Assembly: GCA_964521515.1 (NCBI GenBank)
Contig: CAZFRW010000001.1
Location: 7,639-71,638, forward strand
Origin: an uncultured Thermococci archaeon
GTDB taxonomy: Archaea > Methanobacteriota_B > Thermococci > Methanofastidiosales > Methanofastidiosaceae
Length of the DNA: 64,000 nucleotides
Reading direction: 5' to 3'
The position numbers were made by a program, and so were the translations under genes. The stretch's first letter is position 1. Every line of letters begins with the position of its first letter. Below the pieces are notes generated by a model. The model had not been told where the DNA came from, ran no database searches, and saw nothing but the letters and a program-made list of their open reading frames with translations. Of the stretch, positions 18,529 through 29,045 are shown one piece after another.

Positions 18529-19521
18529 CTATTTGTAAGATCCTAAAGTTTTCATATAGTTTGCTCGCTCATAAGCTGAAGGCTCTAAAACATTTTCTTG
18601 GGACATAAGGCCTTGTACGGATCTTATTGATTTATAGTCATTTTTAGAAAGCCATTCTGTAACTTCTGACAAAACTTTTTCGATGTGGTCAATGCCATTT
18701 TTTATCAAGGCAGATGTCATCATTGAAACTTTTGCTCCAGCCATACTTGATTTTATGACATCAGATCCTGTGTGCACCCCACCCGTGATTGCAATGTCGG
18801 GCTTTACTTTTCCGTACATTATTGCAGCCCATCTCAATCTTAGTCTTAACTCATCACTCGTACTTAAAACAAGATTTCTTTTTATTTCAAGATTCTCAAT
18901 ATCAATATCTGGCTGATAGAATCTATTGAATATGACAAATGCATCAGCACCGGCTTTTTCTATATTTTTTAGTACATTTGGTGTTGAAGTGAAATAAGGG
19001 CTTAGCTTAACTGCCAGTGGGATCCTAATCTTTTGTTTGACACTTTTAACGAGATTATAATAGTTTTCTTCAATCTTTTCTGAATTTATTGAAATATCAG
19101 TTGGGATATAATAAATGTTTAACTCCAGCCCATCTGCACCAGCCTGTTCAATCTTTTGTGCATACTTTATCCAACCCCCGTCTGAAACTCCATTTAAGCT
19201 TCCTATAATTGGGATTTCTGAATCTGCCTTAACTTCTTTTACAAGTTCTATATATTCGTCTGGGGCAAACTTAAATTCTTTTATCTCTGGAAAATATGTG
19301 AGGGCTTCTGCATAACTTTCTGTTCCCTGAAGTAAAAATGTATTTAGGTCCTCCTGTTCAATCTCTAGCTGCTCTTCAAATAGAGAGTGTAAAACGACTG
19401 CACCGGCACCTGATTTCTCGGCTTTTTTGATATTCTTTGGATCTTCCCATAGGTATGAGGACGAAGCCACTATAGGATTCTTTAGTCTAAGTCCCATGTA
19501 GCTTGTTGAAAGATCAATCAT
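18529..19521 (-). CDS. Dihydroorotate dehydrogenase-like FMN protein (NifJ-associated type)
   Basis: DLSTSYMGLRLKNPIVASSS, SLFEEQ, FNRFYQPDID, YERANY; ATG overlaps PFOR stop. Confidence 0.85.
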   Translation of the reverse strand: MIDLSTSYMGLRLKNPIVASSSYLWEDPKNIKKAEKSGAGAVVLHSLFEEQLEIEQEDLNTFLLQGTESYAEALTYFPEIKEFKFAPDEYIELVKEVKADSEIPIIGSLNGVSDGGWIKYAQKIEQAGADGLELNIYYIPTDISINSEKIEENYYNLVKSVKQKIRIPLAVKLSPYFTSTPNVLKNIEKAGADAFVIFNRFYQPDIDIENLEIKRNLVLSTSDELRLRLRWAAIMYGKVKPDIAITGGVHTGSDVIKSSMAGAKVSMMTSALIKNGIDHIEKVLSEVTEWLSKNDYKSIRSVQGLMSQENVLEPSAYERANYMKTLGSYK

Positions 19522-22500
19522 TTTTCCTCCTCTTTTGGCTGTGGCATCTCCGACCAATATTTGTAGAAGTTCCATCTTTTTATAACTTGTTTTTGTGACT
19601 CATCTAGGAGTTTCTTTGCCATGTCAGGCTTGCTCCTTAACAGTATCTTGAATCTAGTTTCGTTATAGATAAATTTATCGAGGGTTATGGAAGGCTTGCC
19701 TGAGTCTAACTGAAGAGGATTTTTACCTTCCTTTTCTAGATTTGGATTATACCTCATTAGTGGCCAGTAACCAGAAAGAACTGCAGCTTTCTGTTGCTCA
19801 GGGCCATGAATAAGGTCATATCCCTGATTGATACAGTGTGCATAAGCAATAATAATAGAAGTCCCCTCGTATGCTTCCGCTTCTAGGAAGGCTTTAACTG
19901 TTTGAGCATTATTTGCTCCGAAAGCAACTCTTGCCACATATACATTTCCATAAATCATCGCCATCATGGCAAGATCCTTCTTTGGTGTTGGTTTTCCACC
20001 CATAGCAAATTTTGCCACTGCACCAAGAGGTGTGGCCTTTGACATCTGGCCTCCTGTATTAGAATACACTTCTGTGTCAAGTACAAGAATGTTGACATTC
20101 TTTCCGAGGGCAAGAACATGATCAAGACCACCATACCCTATATCGTATGCCCACCCATCTCCTCCTAAAATCCAGACGCTTTTTTTAACTAGAGAATCTG
20201 ATAAACTCAATAAATTCTTTGCTTCAGGTTTGTTTATGGACTTAAGCTTGGCCTTCAATAGTTTTACCATCTCTCGCTGCTTTTTTATTCCGGCTTCAGT
20301 ATCTTGATTTGTATTTTTTAATTCGTATACAAGGTCTTTTCCCAAATCATCGGTAAGTTTTTCAATTAGTTCCATTGCATGTTCCTTTTGCTTATCTAGG
20401 GCCAACCTCATACCGAGACCGAACTCTGCAGTATCTTCAAAAAGAGAGTTGGACCATGTTGGGCCACGGCCATCTTTATTTTTGGTGTAAGGAGTTGTTG
20501 GGAGATTTCCCCCATAAATTGATGAGCATCCTGTAGCATTGGCTATTACAGCCCTATCCCCAAACAATTGGGTCATTAGCTTTACATAAGGTGTTTGACC
20601 GCAACCTGAGCAAGCACCTGAAAACTCAAACAGAGGCTCTAAAAGCTGAATATCCTTTACAGTTGTGACATTTAATTTCTCACGGTCAACGTATGGAAGC
20701 GATTCAAAGAAATTCCAATTTTCCTTTTCCCTCTCAAGTATGGGGTCTTTAGCCTCCATGTTTATAGCCTTTAATTTGGGGTCCTGTTTGTTTTTCGCAG
20801 GGCATGTTTCATGGCAGAGTTTGCATCCAGTACAGTCTTCTGGCGAAGCCTGAACAGTGTAAATATAATCCTTAAACTGTGAAAACTTTGCTTCAACGTG
20901 TTTAAATGAAGCGGGTGCATTCTTTAATGCATCTTTTGGGTAAACTTTAGCTCTGATAACTGCATGTGGGCAGATAAAGGCGCATTTACCGCATTGTATA
21001 CAAGTTTCAGGGTCCCACACAGGTACGTCAAGTGAGATATTCCTCTTTTCCCACTTAGTTGTCCCAGTTGGATATGTCCCATCGTGAGGGAATGCGCTTA
21101 CCGGAAGTTCATCTCCCTTCCCGATAATCATTTTAGGTATAGCATTCTTGACATATTCAGAGGCTTCTTTTGGTATAGATGATTTTAAATCAAAACTGCC
21201 TGTGGCCTTTTCAGGTACCTTCACTTCATAGAGATTTCCAATGGCCTTATCAATTGCCTCATAATTCATCTTTAATATTTTTTCTCCTTTTCGGCCGTAT
21301 GTTTTTTCTGTAAACTTTTTAATTGATTTAATTGCATCTTCTTTGGGAATGACATTACTCAATGCAAAAAAACATGTCTGCATTATTGTATTGATTCTAA
21401 CCCCAAGACCTACATTCTTTGCGATATCATAAGCATCAATTGTATAAAATTTAATTTTCTTATCAATTATTTCCTGTTGGACATTTCTGGGAAGCTGATC
21501 CCACACCTCTCCCTTAGGATAAGGGCTATTCAAAAGGAATATTGAATTTTTTTCAGCAACACTCAGCATGTCATATTTATCCAAGAATGAACATTGATGA
21601 CAAGCCACAAAGTTTGCCTTATCGATTAGATATGGGGATCTTATAGGATCTGGCCCAAATCGTAAATATGAAATTGTTAGCGATCCAGCCTTTTTTGAGT
21701 CGTAATAAAAGAAGCCTTGGGCATAGTTGTCTGTTTCCTCACCAATTATTTTTATTGAACTCTTGTTTGCACTGACTGTACCGTCAGCACCTAAGCCGAA
21801 GAATACCGCCCTAGTTCTGTTTTCTGGCTCAACAAAAAAGTTTGGATCATAATCTAGACTTTGATGTGTTACATCATCATTGATTCCGACAGTAAATCTG
21901 TTCTTGGGTGCACTCTTTTTTAGTTCATCAAACACAGCCTTTGCCATTGAAGGTTTAAATTCCTTTGAGGAAAGTCCGTAAATGCCTCCAATTATCTTTG
22001 GCATCTTTTCCATTTTTAACAAACCATTTGAGAATGCCGAAGCTATGGCAGTTGTAACATCAAGGTAAAGAGGCTCGCCCAAAGCACCTGGCTCTTTAGT
22101 CCTATCCAGAACTGCAATACTTTTTACAGATAGGGGCAGTGATGAAATGAAATGTTTCAAAGAAAAGGGCCTGAAAAGTCTTACTTTTAGGACCCCTACC
22201 TTCTCACCTTTCTTGTTGAGATAGTTGACAGTTTCTTCTACAGTCTCAGCACCGCTTCCCATGATAACAATAATTCTTTCTGCATCCGGCGCCCCTTCAT
22301 ACTGGAAGAGTTTGTATTGTCTACCAGTAATTTTTGCAAATTTGTCCATTGCTTCCTGGACTAAATCTGGGCAGGCATTATAATAAGGATTAATTGTCTC
22401 TCTTGCTTGGAAAAATGTATCGGGATTATGTGATGTTCCTCTTATTATTGGATTATCGGGTGACAAGGCTCTTGCACGATGTGCCCTTACTAAATCTTCA

Positions 22501-23087
22501 TCTATCATCTCTTTTAAATCTTCAAGTGTTAAACGTTCGACTTTAGAAGTTTCAGCGGATGTCCTAAACCCATCAAAGAAGTGTAAAAATGGAACTCTTG
22601 ATTTTAATGTTGCGGCTTGGGCAATAAGGGCAGTGTCCATTACTTCTTGAACTGAGTTTGAAGCTAGAAGTGCAAATCCAGTTGAACGTACTGACATTAC
22701 ATCTCCATGATCACAAAATATAGATAGAGCATGTGTTGCAATAGTCCTGGCACTAACATGAAAAACAGTAGAAGTAAGCTCCCCTGCTATTTTAAACATA
22801 TTGGGGATCATTAAAAGAAGTCCTTGGGATGCTGTAAATGTAGTAGTAAGTGCACCTCTCTGTAATGAGCCGTGAACAGTACCAGATGCCCCCCCTTCAC
22901 TTTGCATCTCCGTTACATTAGGGACTGTACCCCATATATTGGGCTCTCCTTCAGATGCCCACTGGTCAGATAATTCACCCATTGTGGAGGAAGGTGTAAT
23001 GGGGTATATTGATATAACTTCATTAACGTGATAAGCTGTATATGCGGCAGCTTCATTTCCGTCAATAGTAACTATAGGCCTTTTCAT
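19518..23087 (-). CDS. nifJ: Single-chain pyruvate:ferredoxin (flavodoxin) oxidoreductase
   Basis: YPITPS, EMQSEGGA, GLGADGT, two 4Fe-4S motifs, GDGWAYDIG, EVYSNTGGQ; 1189 aa. Confidence 0.95.
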   Translation of the reverse strand: MKRPIVTIDGNEAAAYTAYHVNEVISIYPITPSSTMGELSDQWASEGEPNIWGTVPNVTEMQSEGGASGTVHGSLQRGALTTTFTASQGLLLMIPNMFKIAGELTSTVFHVSARTIATHALSIFCDHGDVMSVRSTGFALLASNSVQEVMDTALIAQAATLKSRVPFLHFFDGFRTSAETSKVERLTLEDLKEMIDEDLVRAHRARALSPDNPIIRGTSHNPDTFFQARETINPYYNACPDLVQEAMDKFAKITGRQYKLFQYEGAPDAERIIVIMGSGAETVEETVNYLNKKGEKVGVLKVRLFRPFSLKHFISSLPLSVKSIAVLDRTKEPGALGEPLYLDVTTAIASAFSNGLLKMEKMPKIIGGIYGLSSKEFKPSMAKAVFDELKKSAPKNRFTVGINDDVTHQSLDYDPNFFVEPENRTRAVFFGLGADGTVSANKSSIKIIGEETDNYAQGFFYYDSKKAGSLTISYLRFGPDPIRSPYLIDKANFVACHQCSFLDKYDMLSVAEKNSIFLLNSPYPKGEVWDQLPRNVQQEIIDKKIKFYTIDAYDIAKNVGLGVRINTIMQTCFFALSNVIPKEDAIKSIKKFTEKTYGRKGEKILKMNYEAIDKAIGNLYEVKVPEKATGSFDLKSSIPKEASEYVKNAIPKMIIGKGDELPVSAFPHDGTYPTGTTKWEKRNISLDVPVWDPETCIQCGKCAFICPHAVIRAKVYPKDALKNAPASFKHVEAKFSQFKDYIYTVQASPEDCTGCKLCHETCPAKNKQDPKLKAINMEAKDPILEREKENWNFFESLPYVDREKLNVTTVKDIQLLEPLFEFSGACSGCGQTPYVKLMTQLFGDRAVIANATGCSSIYGGNLPTTPYTKNKDGRGPTWSNSLFEDTAEFGLGMRLALDKQKEHAMELIEKLTDDLGKDLVYELKNTNQDTEAGIKKQREMVKLLKAKLKSINKPEAKNLLSLSDSLVKKSVWILGGDGWAYDIGYGGLDHVLALGKNVNILVLDTEVYSNTGGQMSKATPLGAVAKFAMGGKPTPKKDLAMMAMIYGNVYVARVAFGANNAQTVKAFLEAEAYEGTSIIIAYAHCINQGYDLIHGPEQQKAAVLSGYWPLMRYNPNLEKEGKNPLQLDSGKPSITLDKFIYNETRFKILLRSKPDMAKKLLDESQKQVIKRWNFYKYWSEMPQPKEEEK

Positions 23088-23200
23088 AATAATTTCACCA
23101 TTAACGTATTAGTCTGTATTTGGAAATAAAAAAATTAAAATATAAGGTTATCCCATAAGGTCCTTTTTAAGAAAATGAGAGTAATATACAAAATAATTCA

Positions 23201-23710
23201 TTACCATTTGTTGAATCTAATTCTTTCCTGTTTGAATCTAAATGCTGGTTTTGGTATCTCTACAGGGTATCCCATTATTACTATTGAAAGAGGTATAATC
23301 CTCTCAGGAATTCCAAGTAAATTTCTAAATCCACTTACCCTATCCTCAAGTGGGTATATTCCAGACCAAACAGCCCCTAAACCAAGGGCGTGTGCCGCAA
23401 GTAAGATATTCTGAGTCGCAGCAGAGCAGTCCTGAACCCAAAATCCTGGATATTTCTCCAAACTTGGGTCTCCGCAAATGACTATAGCGGTAGATGCTTC
23501 CTTTGCCATTGGTGCATAGAGACTTATATTAGGAACCTCTTCAAGGATCTTTTTATCATTGATTACCACAAAATGCCATGGTTGCTGATTTCCCGCAGAG
23601 GGTGCACTCATGGCCGCTTCTAATATCCTATCAATCATTTCTTTAGGTATGTCCTTATCAGTAAATTTTCTTACACTTCTTCTTGTAAGAATTGCATCAA
23701 GCGTTTCCAT
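23201..23710 (-). CDS. Nitroreductase family protein
   Basis: RRSVRKF, APSAGNQQPWHF, QDCSAATQN. Confidence 0.9.
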   Translation of the reverse strand: METLDAILTRRSVRKFTDKDIPKEMIDRILEAAMSAPSAGNQQPWHFVVINDKKILEEVPNISLYAPMAKEASTAIVICGDPSLEKYPGFWVQDCSAATQNILLAAHALGLGAVWSGIYPLEDRVSGFRNLLGIPERIIPLSIVIMGYPVEIPKPAFRFKQERIRFNKW

Positions 23711-23812
23711 TTTATTTCCTCCGTTAATATTACCAAATCTAAACTTATAAATCTAATCTAAAAACCGAAACTATTATAAAACTCACTATAATCAATAAGT
23801 CTAGGTAGATTT

Positions 23813-24106
23813 ATGAGTTCGATTAGGGTTATAGTTCTTGATGTTTTAAAACCCCATAAGCCAATACTCCCGGATTTTGCAAATAAGCTAGCTGAAATCC
23901 CAGGGATTATAGGTGTCAACATTTCTGTTGTTGAGATAGACCAAAAAACTGAAACAGTGAAGCTTTCAATACAAGGGGATTCAATCGATTATGAACTATT
24001 AAAAGAGGAGATAGAAAAGCTTGGTGGTACTGTCCACAGTATAGATAAAGTTGCCGCAGGTAAAAGGATTATACCTGAAGTTGAAACTTTACAGGACAGA
24101 TCTTAA
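23813..24106 (+). CDS. DUF211 domain protein
   Basis: VLDVLKPHKP...GGTVHSIDKVAAG. Confidence 0.88.
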   Translation: MSSIRVIVLDVLKPHKPILPDFANKLAEIPGIIGVNISVVEIDQKTETVKLSIQGDSIDYELLKEEIEKLGGTVHSIDKVAAGKRIIPEVETLQDRS

Positions 24107-24393
24107 GTCCCGCCTCTGTTTTTTCTTATCTCTTTTGATATTTTTTTAAGTATCTCATTTTTTGAGAACTTCTTTTCAACTAAAAATCTCCCAAGATTTC
24201 GGTCGTCTCTTCCCTGCTCTTTTGGATATTTTGAGTTCTTCTCAATTTGGTGATTTATCCCAATCAACTCCAGAGCTTTTTTGATTTCATCGAATTTTGG
24301 GTGATCTAATGCCAAATTTTTTGGAATTTTTCTCCCGTCTTTCTTTGAAAGATTTTTATCAAGATAAGATGGCCATATAACATAATCCTTCAA
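24103..24393 (-). CDS. srp19: Signal recognition particle protein SRP19
   Basis: VIWPSYLD..LSKKDGRKIPK.LA..PK..EI; KYP motif. Confidence 0.92.
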   Translation of the reverse strand: MKDYVIWPSYLDKNLSKKDGRKIPKNLALDHPKFDEIKKALELIGINHQIEKNSKYPKEQGRDDRNLGRFLVEKKFSKNEILKKISKEIRKNRGGT

Positions 24394-24455
24394 AATAATC
24401 CCCCTAAGCTTTTAAATAATCTTTTGACAGAATATAAAAGTGTATTGGTGATTTT

Positions 24456-24818
24456 ATGCATGAACTTTCACTTGCCGATGGTATGCTAAAGACAGTATTA
24501 GAGGCAGCTCAAAAAGAAAAGGCCAAAAAAATTAAGTCAATTAAGCTAGAGATGGGTGAGATTCTTCTAGTGAATGCTGAGCAGCTTACCTTTTGTTTTG
24601 ATATAATCTCAAAAGGAACAATCGCAGAAAACGCCAAACTAGATATTACTTTCCTAAAACCAAGAGTCCACTGCAACAAGTGCAACAAGGAATTCAATAT
24701 TACTTCAGATAAAGATTTTCCCATACTTTATATTACATGTGAATGCGGCTCAAATGATGTCACAATACTCTCTGGTAGGGAGTTTAACATTAAGTCTATA
24801 AAAATTGAAGAGGATTAA
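24456..24818 (+). CDS. hypA: Hydrogenase maturation nickel metallochaperone HypA
   Basis: MHELSLA N-terminus, CNKC...CECGS, SGRE. Confidence 0.93.
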   Translation: MHELSLADGMLKTVLEAAQKEKAKKIKSIKLEMGEILLVNAEQLTFCFDIISKGTIAENAKLDITFLKPRVHCNKCNKEFNITSDKDFPILYITCECGSNDVTILSGREFNIKSIKIEED

Positions 24819-25981
24819 TTTTTAGAAAGAAACTTCTCTATTCTGTCGCACGCTTCATTAATCTTATCTTTTTTAAGAGGATACGCAAGTCTAACAAATT
24901 CATCAGAGTAGGGGCCAAATGCAGATCCAGGTACTGTTACTACCTTTTCTTGATTCAACAATTTTTCAGAAAACTCTTCTGACTTCATTTTTGTTTGTGA
25001 TATGTTCATAAATAGATAGAATGCACCTTCAGGTTTTATTGAACTTACCCCGTTCATCTCTTCAATCCTTTTCAAAAGTAGATCCCTTCTATCTTTGAAT
25101 TCATCCCGCATATGATTAACAAAATCCTGAGATCCTTTTAGGGCCTCTAAGGCGCCAAACTGGGCAAATGTATTGTTACATACAGGTCCATACATGTGAA
25201 GTTTTAACATCCTGTCGAATAATACTTTATCTTTTGAGGACAAGTATCCAACTCGCCATCCGGTCATAGAGTAAGTTTTGGAAAAGGAGTTAACTGTTAT
25301 AGTGTTCTCTTCCATGCCGTTAAGTGATGCAATGCTTACATGTTTTTTGTTATCATAGATAAGACTCTCATAAACTTCATCAGATATTACTTTTAGATTA
25401 TATTCTATGATTATGTCAGAAATCTTTTCCAAGTCATTTTTTTTCATTACCGCGCCAGTTGGATTTGAAGGGGAATTAAGTATCAATAGTTCTGTGTTTT
25501 CAGTTATTTTTTCTTCTAGAAGGTCAGGATTTAATATAAAGTTTTCATCTTGTTTGCATTCGACCTCTATAGGATTTCCACCAGAAAGTATAACTGTTGG
25601 GACATAGGCAACAAATGCAGGCGATGGAACAATAACGTCATTTCCAGTTTTGATTGAAGATTGAATTGCAAGTGATAAAGCTTCTCCGCCCCCAACAGTG
25701 ACCATGATTTCATTTTCGGATACATCAATACTGTTTTGTTTTTTCATTTTTTCAGAAATGGCCTGTCTCAATTCTAAGATCCCAGAATTTGGGGAGTAGT
25801 AAGTCTTTCCCTCTTTTAAGGCTTTAATTGAAGCTTCAACGATGTTTTGGGGCGTAGCAAAATCTGGCTCTCCTATCCCCAGGCTTATTATGCCTTCCAT
25901 ATTTTGTGCAAGGTCAAATAATTTTCTTATACCTGATTTTGGGATTTTATCTAGTGATGATGATATAGAATATTCTGACAT
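24815..25981 (-). CDS. Class I PLP-dependent (aspartate/aromatic) aminotransferase
   Basis: GEPDF, NSPSNPTG, SDEVY, SFSKTYSMTGWRVG. Confidence 0.92.
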   Translation of the reverse strand: MSEYSISSSLDKIPKSGIRKLFDLAQNMEGIISLGIGEPDFATPQNIVEASIKALKEGKTYYSPNSGILELRQAISEKMKKQNSIDVSENEIMVTVGGGEALSLAIQSSIKTGNDVIVPSPAFVAYVPTVILSGGNPIEVECKQDENFILNPDLLEEKITENTELLILNSPSNPTGAVMKKNDLEKISDIIIEYNLKVISDEVYESLIYDNKKHVSIASLNGMEENTITVNSFSKTYSMTGWRVGYLSSKDKVLFDRMLKLHMYGPVCNNTFAQFGALEALKGSQDFVNHMRDEFKDRRDLLLKRIEEMNGVSSIKPEGAFYLFMNISQTKMKSEEFSEKLLNQEKVVTVPGSAFGPYSDEFVRLAYPLKKDKINEACDRIEKFLSKN

Positions 25982-25992
25982 AGGCTCTTCCT

Positions 25993-27357
25993 CTAAAAAT
26001 CAAAAAGTGTTTTTTGTTGATTCTTTTCCTCTTTATCTTTTTGATTTTCTGTTTCTTTAGGGAGTTCCTTTTCTTTCTCAGATTCTACTTTTTTATTAGT
26101 TTTTATAGGAACTGCCTCAATTTTCTCCTTTTTTTCTGGCCCCTTTAAAAGCTCTTCTCTTGCCAATTCTATTTTTCTATAATTTTTCTCATCAATAAAC
26201 TTTATTTCTTCCATGTCAAATTCAAAAAAGTTTGATATAAGGGCCCCTTTTCTTGGATTTAGAAATAATGCCGATATCATTGGTAGATAAGATCTTGCAA
26301 CTTTTTTAGAGCAATGGCATTTTCCCCCAATTTTCTCTAGGATTATCTTGTTTGTTTCTCTCATTTTTTTGGAGGATCCTAAGACTTGAAAATATTTTGG
26401 CGGGGAAAACGGGATGTATCTTGACTCAGTTACCCCGGCTACAGAAACTCCGCCGGTCATAAGGTCTGATGCATACTTCCACATAGAATAGTTTCTAGTA
26501 TTAAATGCTCTTTTCAAATAAATATCTGCCTTTGAGAGAAGTCTCATAGCCTCAAGCAGATTTTTTCCTTTGTATGCCTTGGGAGTATTTTCATCAATCC
26601 AGAGAAGAAGCTCATCTGGTTTTTTATCAACATCAAAAAAGTCTTTTCTAACATCAATCGAGTTTGACATGTAAAGTTTTGATAGAGCCTCAAATATGGA
26701 TGTCTCTGTGTCTCTCGTACCAACTAACTTTTCATCACCTTTTAATAATTTTATACCTAAAGAGTCAAGATCATTAATTGCTGCACGCATATCGCCTGTT
26801 GACTGTTCAGCTATCTTCATCAGAGTTTCATCTTCTACCTGAATTCCTTCGGCGACCGATATCTCTTTTAATCTAGCAAAGACAGTCCTTGATTGAAGTC
26901 GTTTGAATTGGACAAGCTTGCAGTTGTCCCTTATAGATTGAGATACTTCCCAGTAGCTGTTTGCGGTAAGAATGATTGGATTTTGTGTATCCTTTATTAT
27001 CTCTAGTAATGCTTTTGATCCTCCAAAATCTTCCTTTCCATGAATATTATCGGCCTCGTCTAGTAAGATTATTTTCTTGTAACCAAAAAGAGTCTTTGAA
27101 GAAGCAGCATTGCCAACTATTCTGTTTAGTGCAGCTTGATCTCTTTTATCACTAGCATTTAGCTCTATTAAGTCGTATCCAAGCTCTTTTGACAATACCT
27201 TTACCATCGTTGTCTTACCACTACCAGGGGGGCCATAAATTAGTAGTGCCTTCTTTTCAGTACCCCAAGTATTTATCCATGCTAGAATATCCTTTACAAG
27301 TGCCTGTTGACCTTTTATCTCAGAAAAATTTTTTGGGGAGTATTTCTCAACAAGCAT
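25993..27357 (-). CDS. rfcL: Replication factor C large subunit
   Basis: VEKYSP, GPPGSGKT, ELNASD, LDEAD, WIDEN; probable ATG at 27357. Confidence 0.95.
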   Translation of the reverse strand: MLVEKYSPKNFSEIKGQQALVKDILAWINTWGTEKKALLIYGPPGSGKTTMVKVLSKELGYDLIELNASDKRDQAALNRIVGNAASSKTLFGYKKIILLDEADNIHGKEDFGGSKALLEIIKDTQNPIILTANSYWEVSQSIRDNCKLVQFKRLQSRTVFARLKEISVAEGIQVEDETLMKIAEQSTGDMRAAINDLDSLGIKLLKGDEKLVGTRDTETSIFEALSKLYMSNSIDVRKDFFDVDKKPDELLLWIDENTPKAYKGKNLLEAMRLLSKADIYLKRAFNTRNYSMWKYASDLMTGGVSVAGVTESRYIPFSPPKYFQVLGSSKKMRETNKIILEKIGGKCHCSKKVARSYLPMISALFLNPRKGALISNFFEFDMEEIKFIDEKNYRKIELAREELLKGPEKKEKIEAVPIKTNKKVESEKEKELPKETENQKDKEEKNQQKTLFDF

Positions 27358-27364
27358 GTTATCT

Positions 27365-28312
27365 TTATCCTGTGGAAAGATTGGCGAGAAGGTATTCAAG
27401 CTGAATAAATTCATTTGCTCCCTGTACAAGCCTGAAATCCGCTTCACCTATCATATCGACAATTCTAACTTTTTCTTTGTCAGAAACTTCTAAATTGAAT
27501 GTCTCTCTATGCATCTGCATTATTATATCTTCACCTGACAATCCTTGTTCTAAAAGAAGCATCTGAAGTATTTTTCTTGATGAGATGAAATCACCAGATA
27601 GGGCGACCTTCATCATATTTTTTATTTCTTCAGGTTTTGCCCTTGAAGAAACTTGGTACACTAAACTTTCTGTTATTGAATCCCCTATGCCTGATGAAGA
27701 TTGAAGGGCATTTATTGCCTTTCTCATATCTCCTTCAGAAACATATGCAATCGCATTAAGTCCGTCTTCCTTAAGGTCAATACTTTCTGCTTTGGCTATC
27801 TTCCTAATCATAATTTTTACAGCATCAGTTGATAATGGGCCGAACCTGAACACTGCACATCTAGACTGTATTGGATCAATTATCCTTGAGGAATAATTAC
27901 ATGAGAGAATGAATCTACACGTCGAAGTATAGACCTCCATAGTTCTCCTCAAAGCATTCTGAGCATCTGATGTAAGCGCATCAGACTCATCTAGAAATAT
28001 TATCTTGAAATCTCCGCCTATTGGTTTAGTTCTTGCAAAGTCCTTAATTTTTTCTCTCACAACATTTATACCTCTCTCATCTGAGGCATTTGTTTCTTGA
28101 AAATTCTGCTTCCAATATTCACCAAAAATCTCCTTTGCAAGAGCTATGGCGGCTGTAGTCTTTCCAACCCCAGGAGGGCCAGCAAATAACAAATGTGGCA
28201 TCGATTTCTTATCAACATAATATTTAAGTCTTCTAATTATAGGGTCTCTTCCAACTATATCGTCAAGCTTTTGAGGCCTGTACTTCTCCGTCCAGGGTTT
28301 TTCAAACTCCAT
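27365..28312 (-). CDS. rfcS: Replication factor C small subunit (no intein)
   Basis: PWTEKYRP, GPPGVGKT, NASDERG, IQSRC. Confidence 0.97.
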   Translation of the reverse strand: MEFEKPWTEKYRPQKLDDIVGRDPIIRRLKYYVDKKSMPHLLFAGPPGVGKTTAAIALAKEIFGEYWKQNFQETNASDERGINVVREKIKDFARTKPIGGDFKIIFLDESDALTSDAQNALRRTMEVYTSTCRFILSCNYSSRIIDPIQSRCAVFRFGPLSTDAVKIMIRKIAKAESIDLKEDGLNAIAYVSEGDMRKAINALQSSSGIGDSITESLVYQVSSRAKPEEIKNMMKVALSGDFISSRKILQMLLLEQGLSGEDIIMQMHRETFNLEVSDKEKVRIVDMIGEADFRLVQGANEFIQLEYLLANLSTG

Positions 28313-28355
28313 CGAATCACAACCAATTATTTTAATTACCTAAAATATTTAAGTC

Positions 28356-29045
28356 TTATTGGATATTTCTAATAAGTTCTCCTATATCTGAGTTGGATTT
28401 ATACTCTTTTAAAAGTGTCTTAATAAAATCTTCTTGAAAATCAAATAATTCCTTTATTCTTTCTCTAACAAGGCAGTCAGACAGAAAGCACATCGATAAA
28501 AAAGAAGTTACATTTTTTGGGGTATTTGAAAAATGAGCCTTTTCAAAGTCGATTATGACATTTTTTCTACCGCAAATAATATGCTTTCCCCCTTGGATCT
28601 GTCTATGATTTATCCCTACCTTATCAAGAGCATTGCACTGCCTTGAGATATCAAAGATGTCTTCTCTACCGAACTTTCTCTCGATTAATAGATCTCCTTC
28701 TATATACTCCATTATGATGTAATTGTCATCATACCCATATACCTTTGGTCCGACGCCTTGTTCATTAGCCTTAATTAAATAATAAGCTTCTTTCTTAAGA
28801 GAACCTTTCCTTTCAGAGTCCGATCTTTCGATTTTGAGCGCTACCTTTCTTTTTTTGTAATTTCCCAAAAAAACAATTGAGGTATTGCCTTTTCCTATAG
28901 CCCTCTCGCACCCAATATCAACTTTACCAAAAGAGTAGATATTATCGACACCTTTTTCAAAAAGAGATTCTTTCAGTAAAGATGCCCTTTCAGTTGAGAA
29001 AGAAGGATAATCTATATACCTTATGTCACTTAAGGTAGTTTCCAT
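28356..29045 (-). CDS. Atypical archaeal Ser/Thr kinase-like protein (RIO-related)
   Basis: IGKGNTSIV, VALKI, MEYIEG, IIDFEKA, PKNVT. Confidence 0.8.
   Translation of the reverse strand: METTLSDIRYIDYPSFSTERASLLKESLFEKGVDNIYSFGKVDIGCERAIGKGNTSIVFLGNYKKRKVALKIERSDSERKGSLKKEAYYLIKANEQGVGPKVYGYDDNYIIMEYIEGDLLIERKFGREDIFDISRQCNALDKVGINHRQIQGGKHIICGRKNVIIDFEKAHFSNTPKNVTSFLSMCFLSDCLVRERIKELFDFQEDFIKTLLKEYKSNSDIGELIRNIQ

Noticed and set aside
24456..24818. HypA second zinc motif is CxC instead of CxxC
   Set aside because: All four Cys are present; a minor spacing variant with no sign of lost function
25993..28312. Inteins in RFC subunits
   Set aside because: Lengths are normal and motifs are contiguous across Walker A
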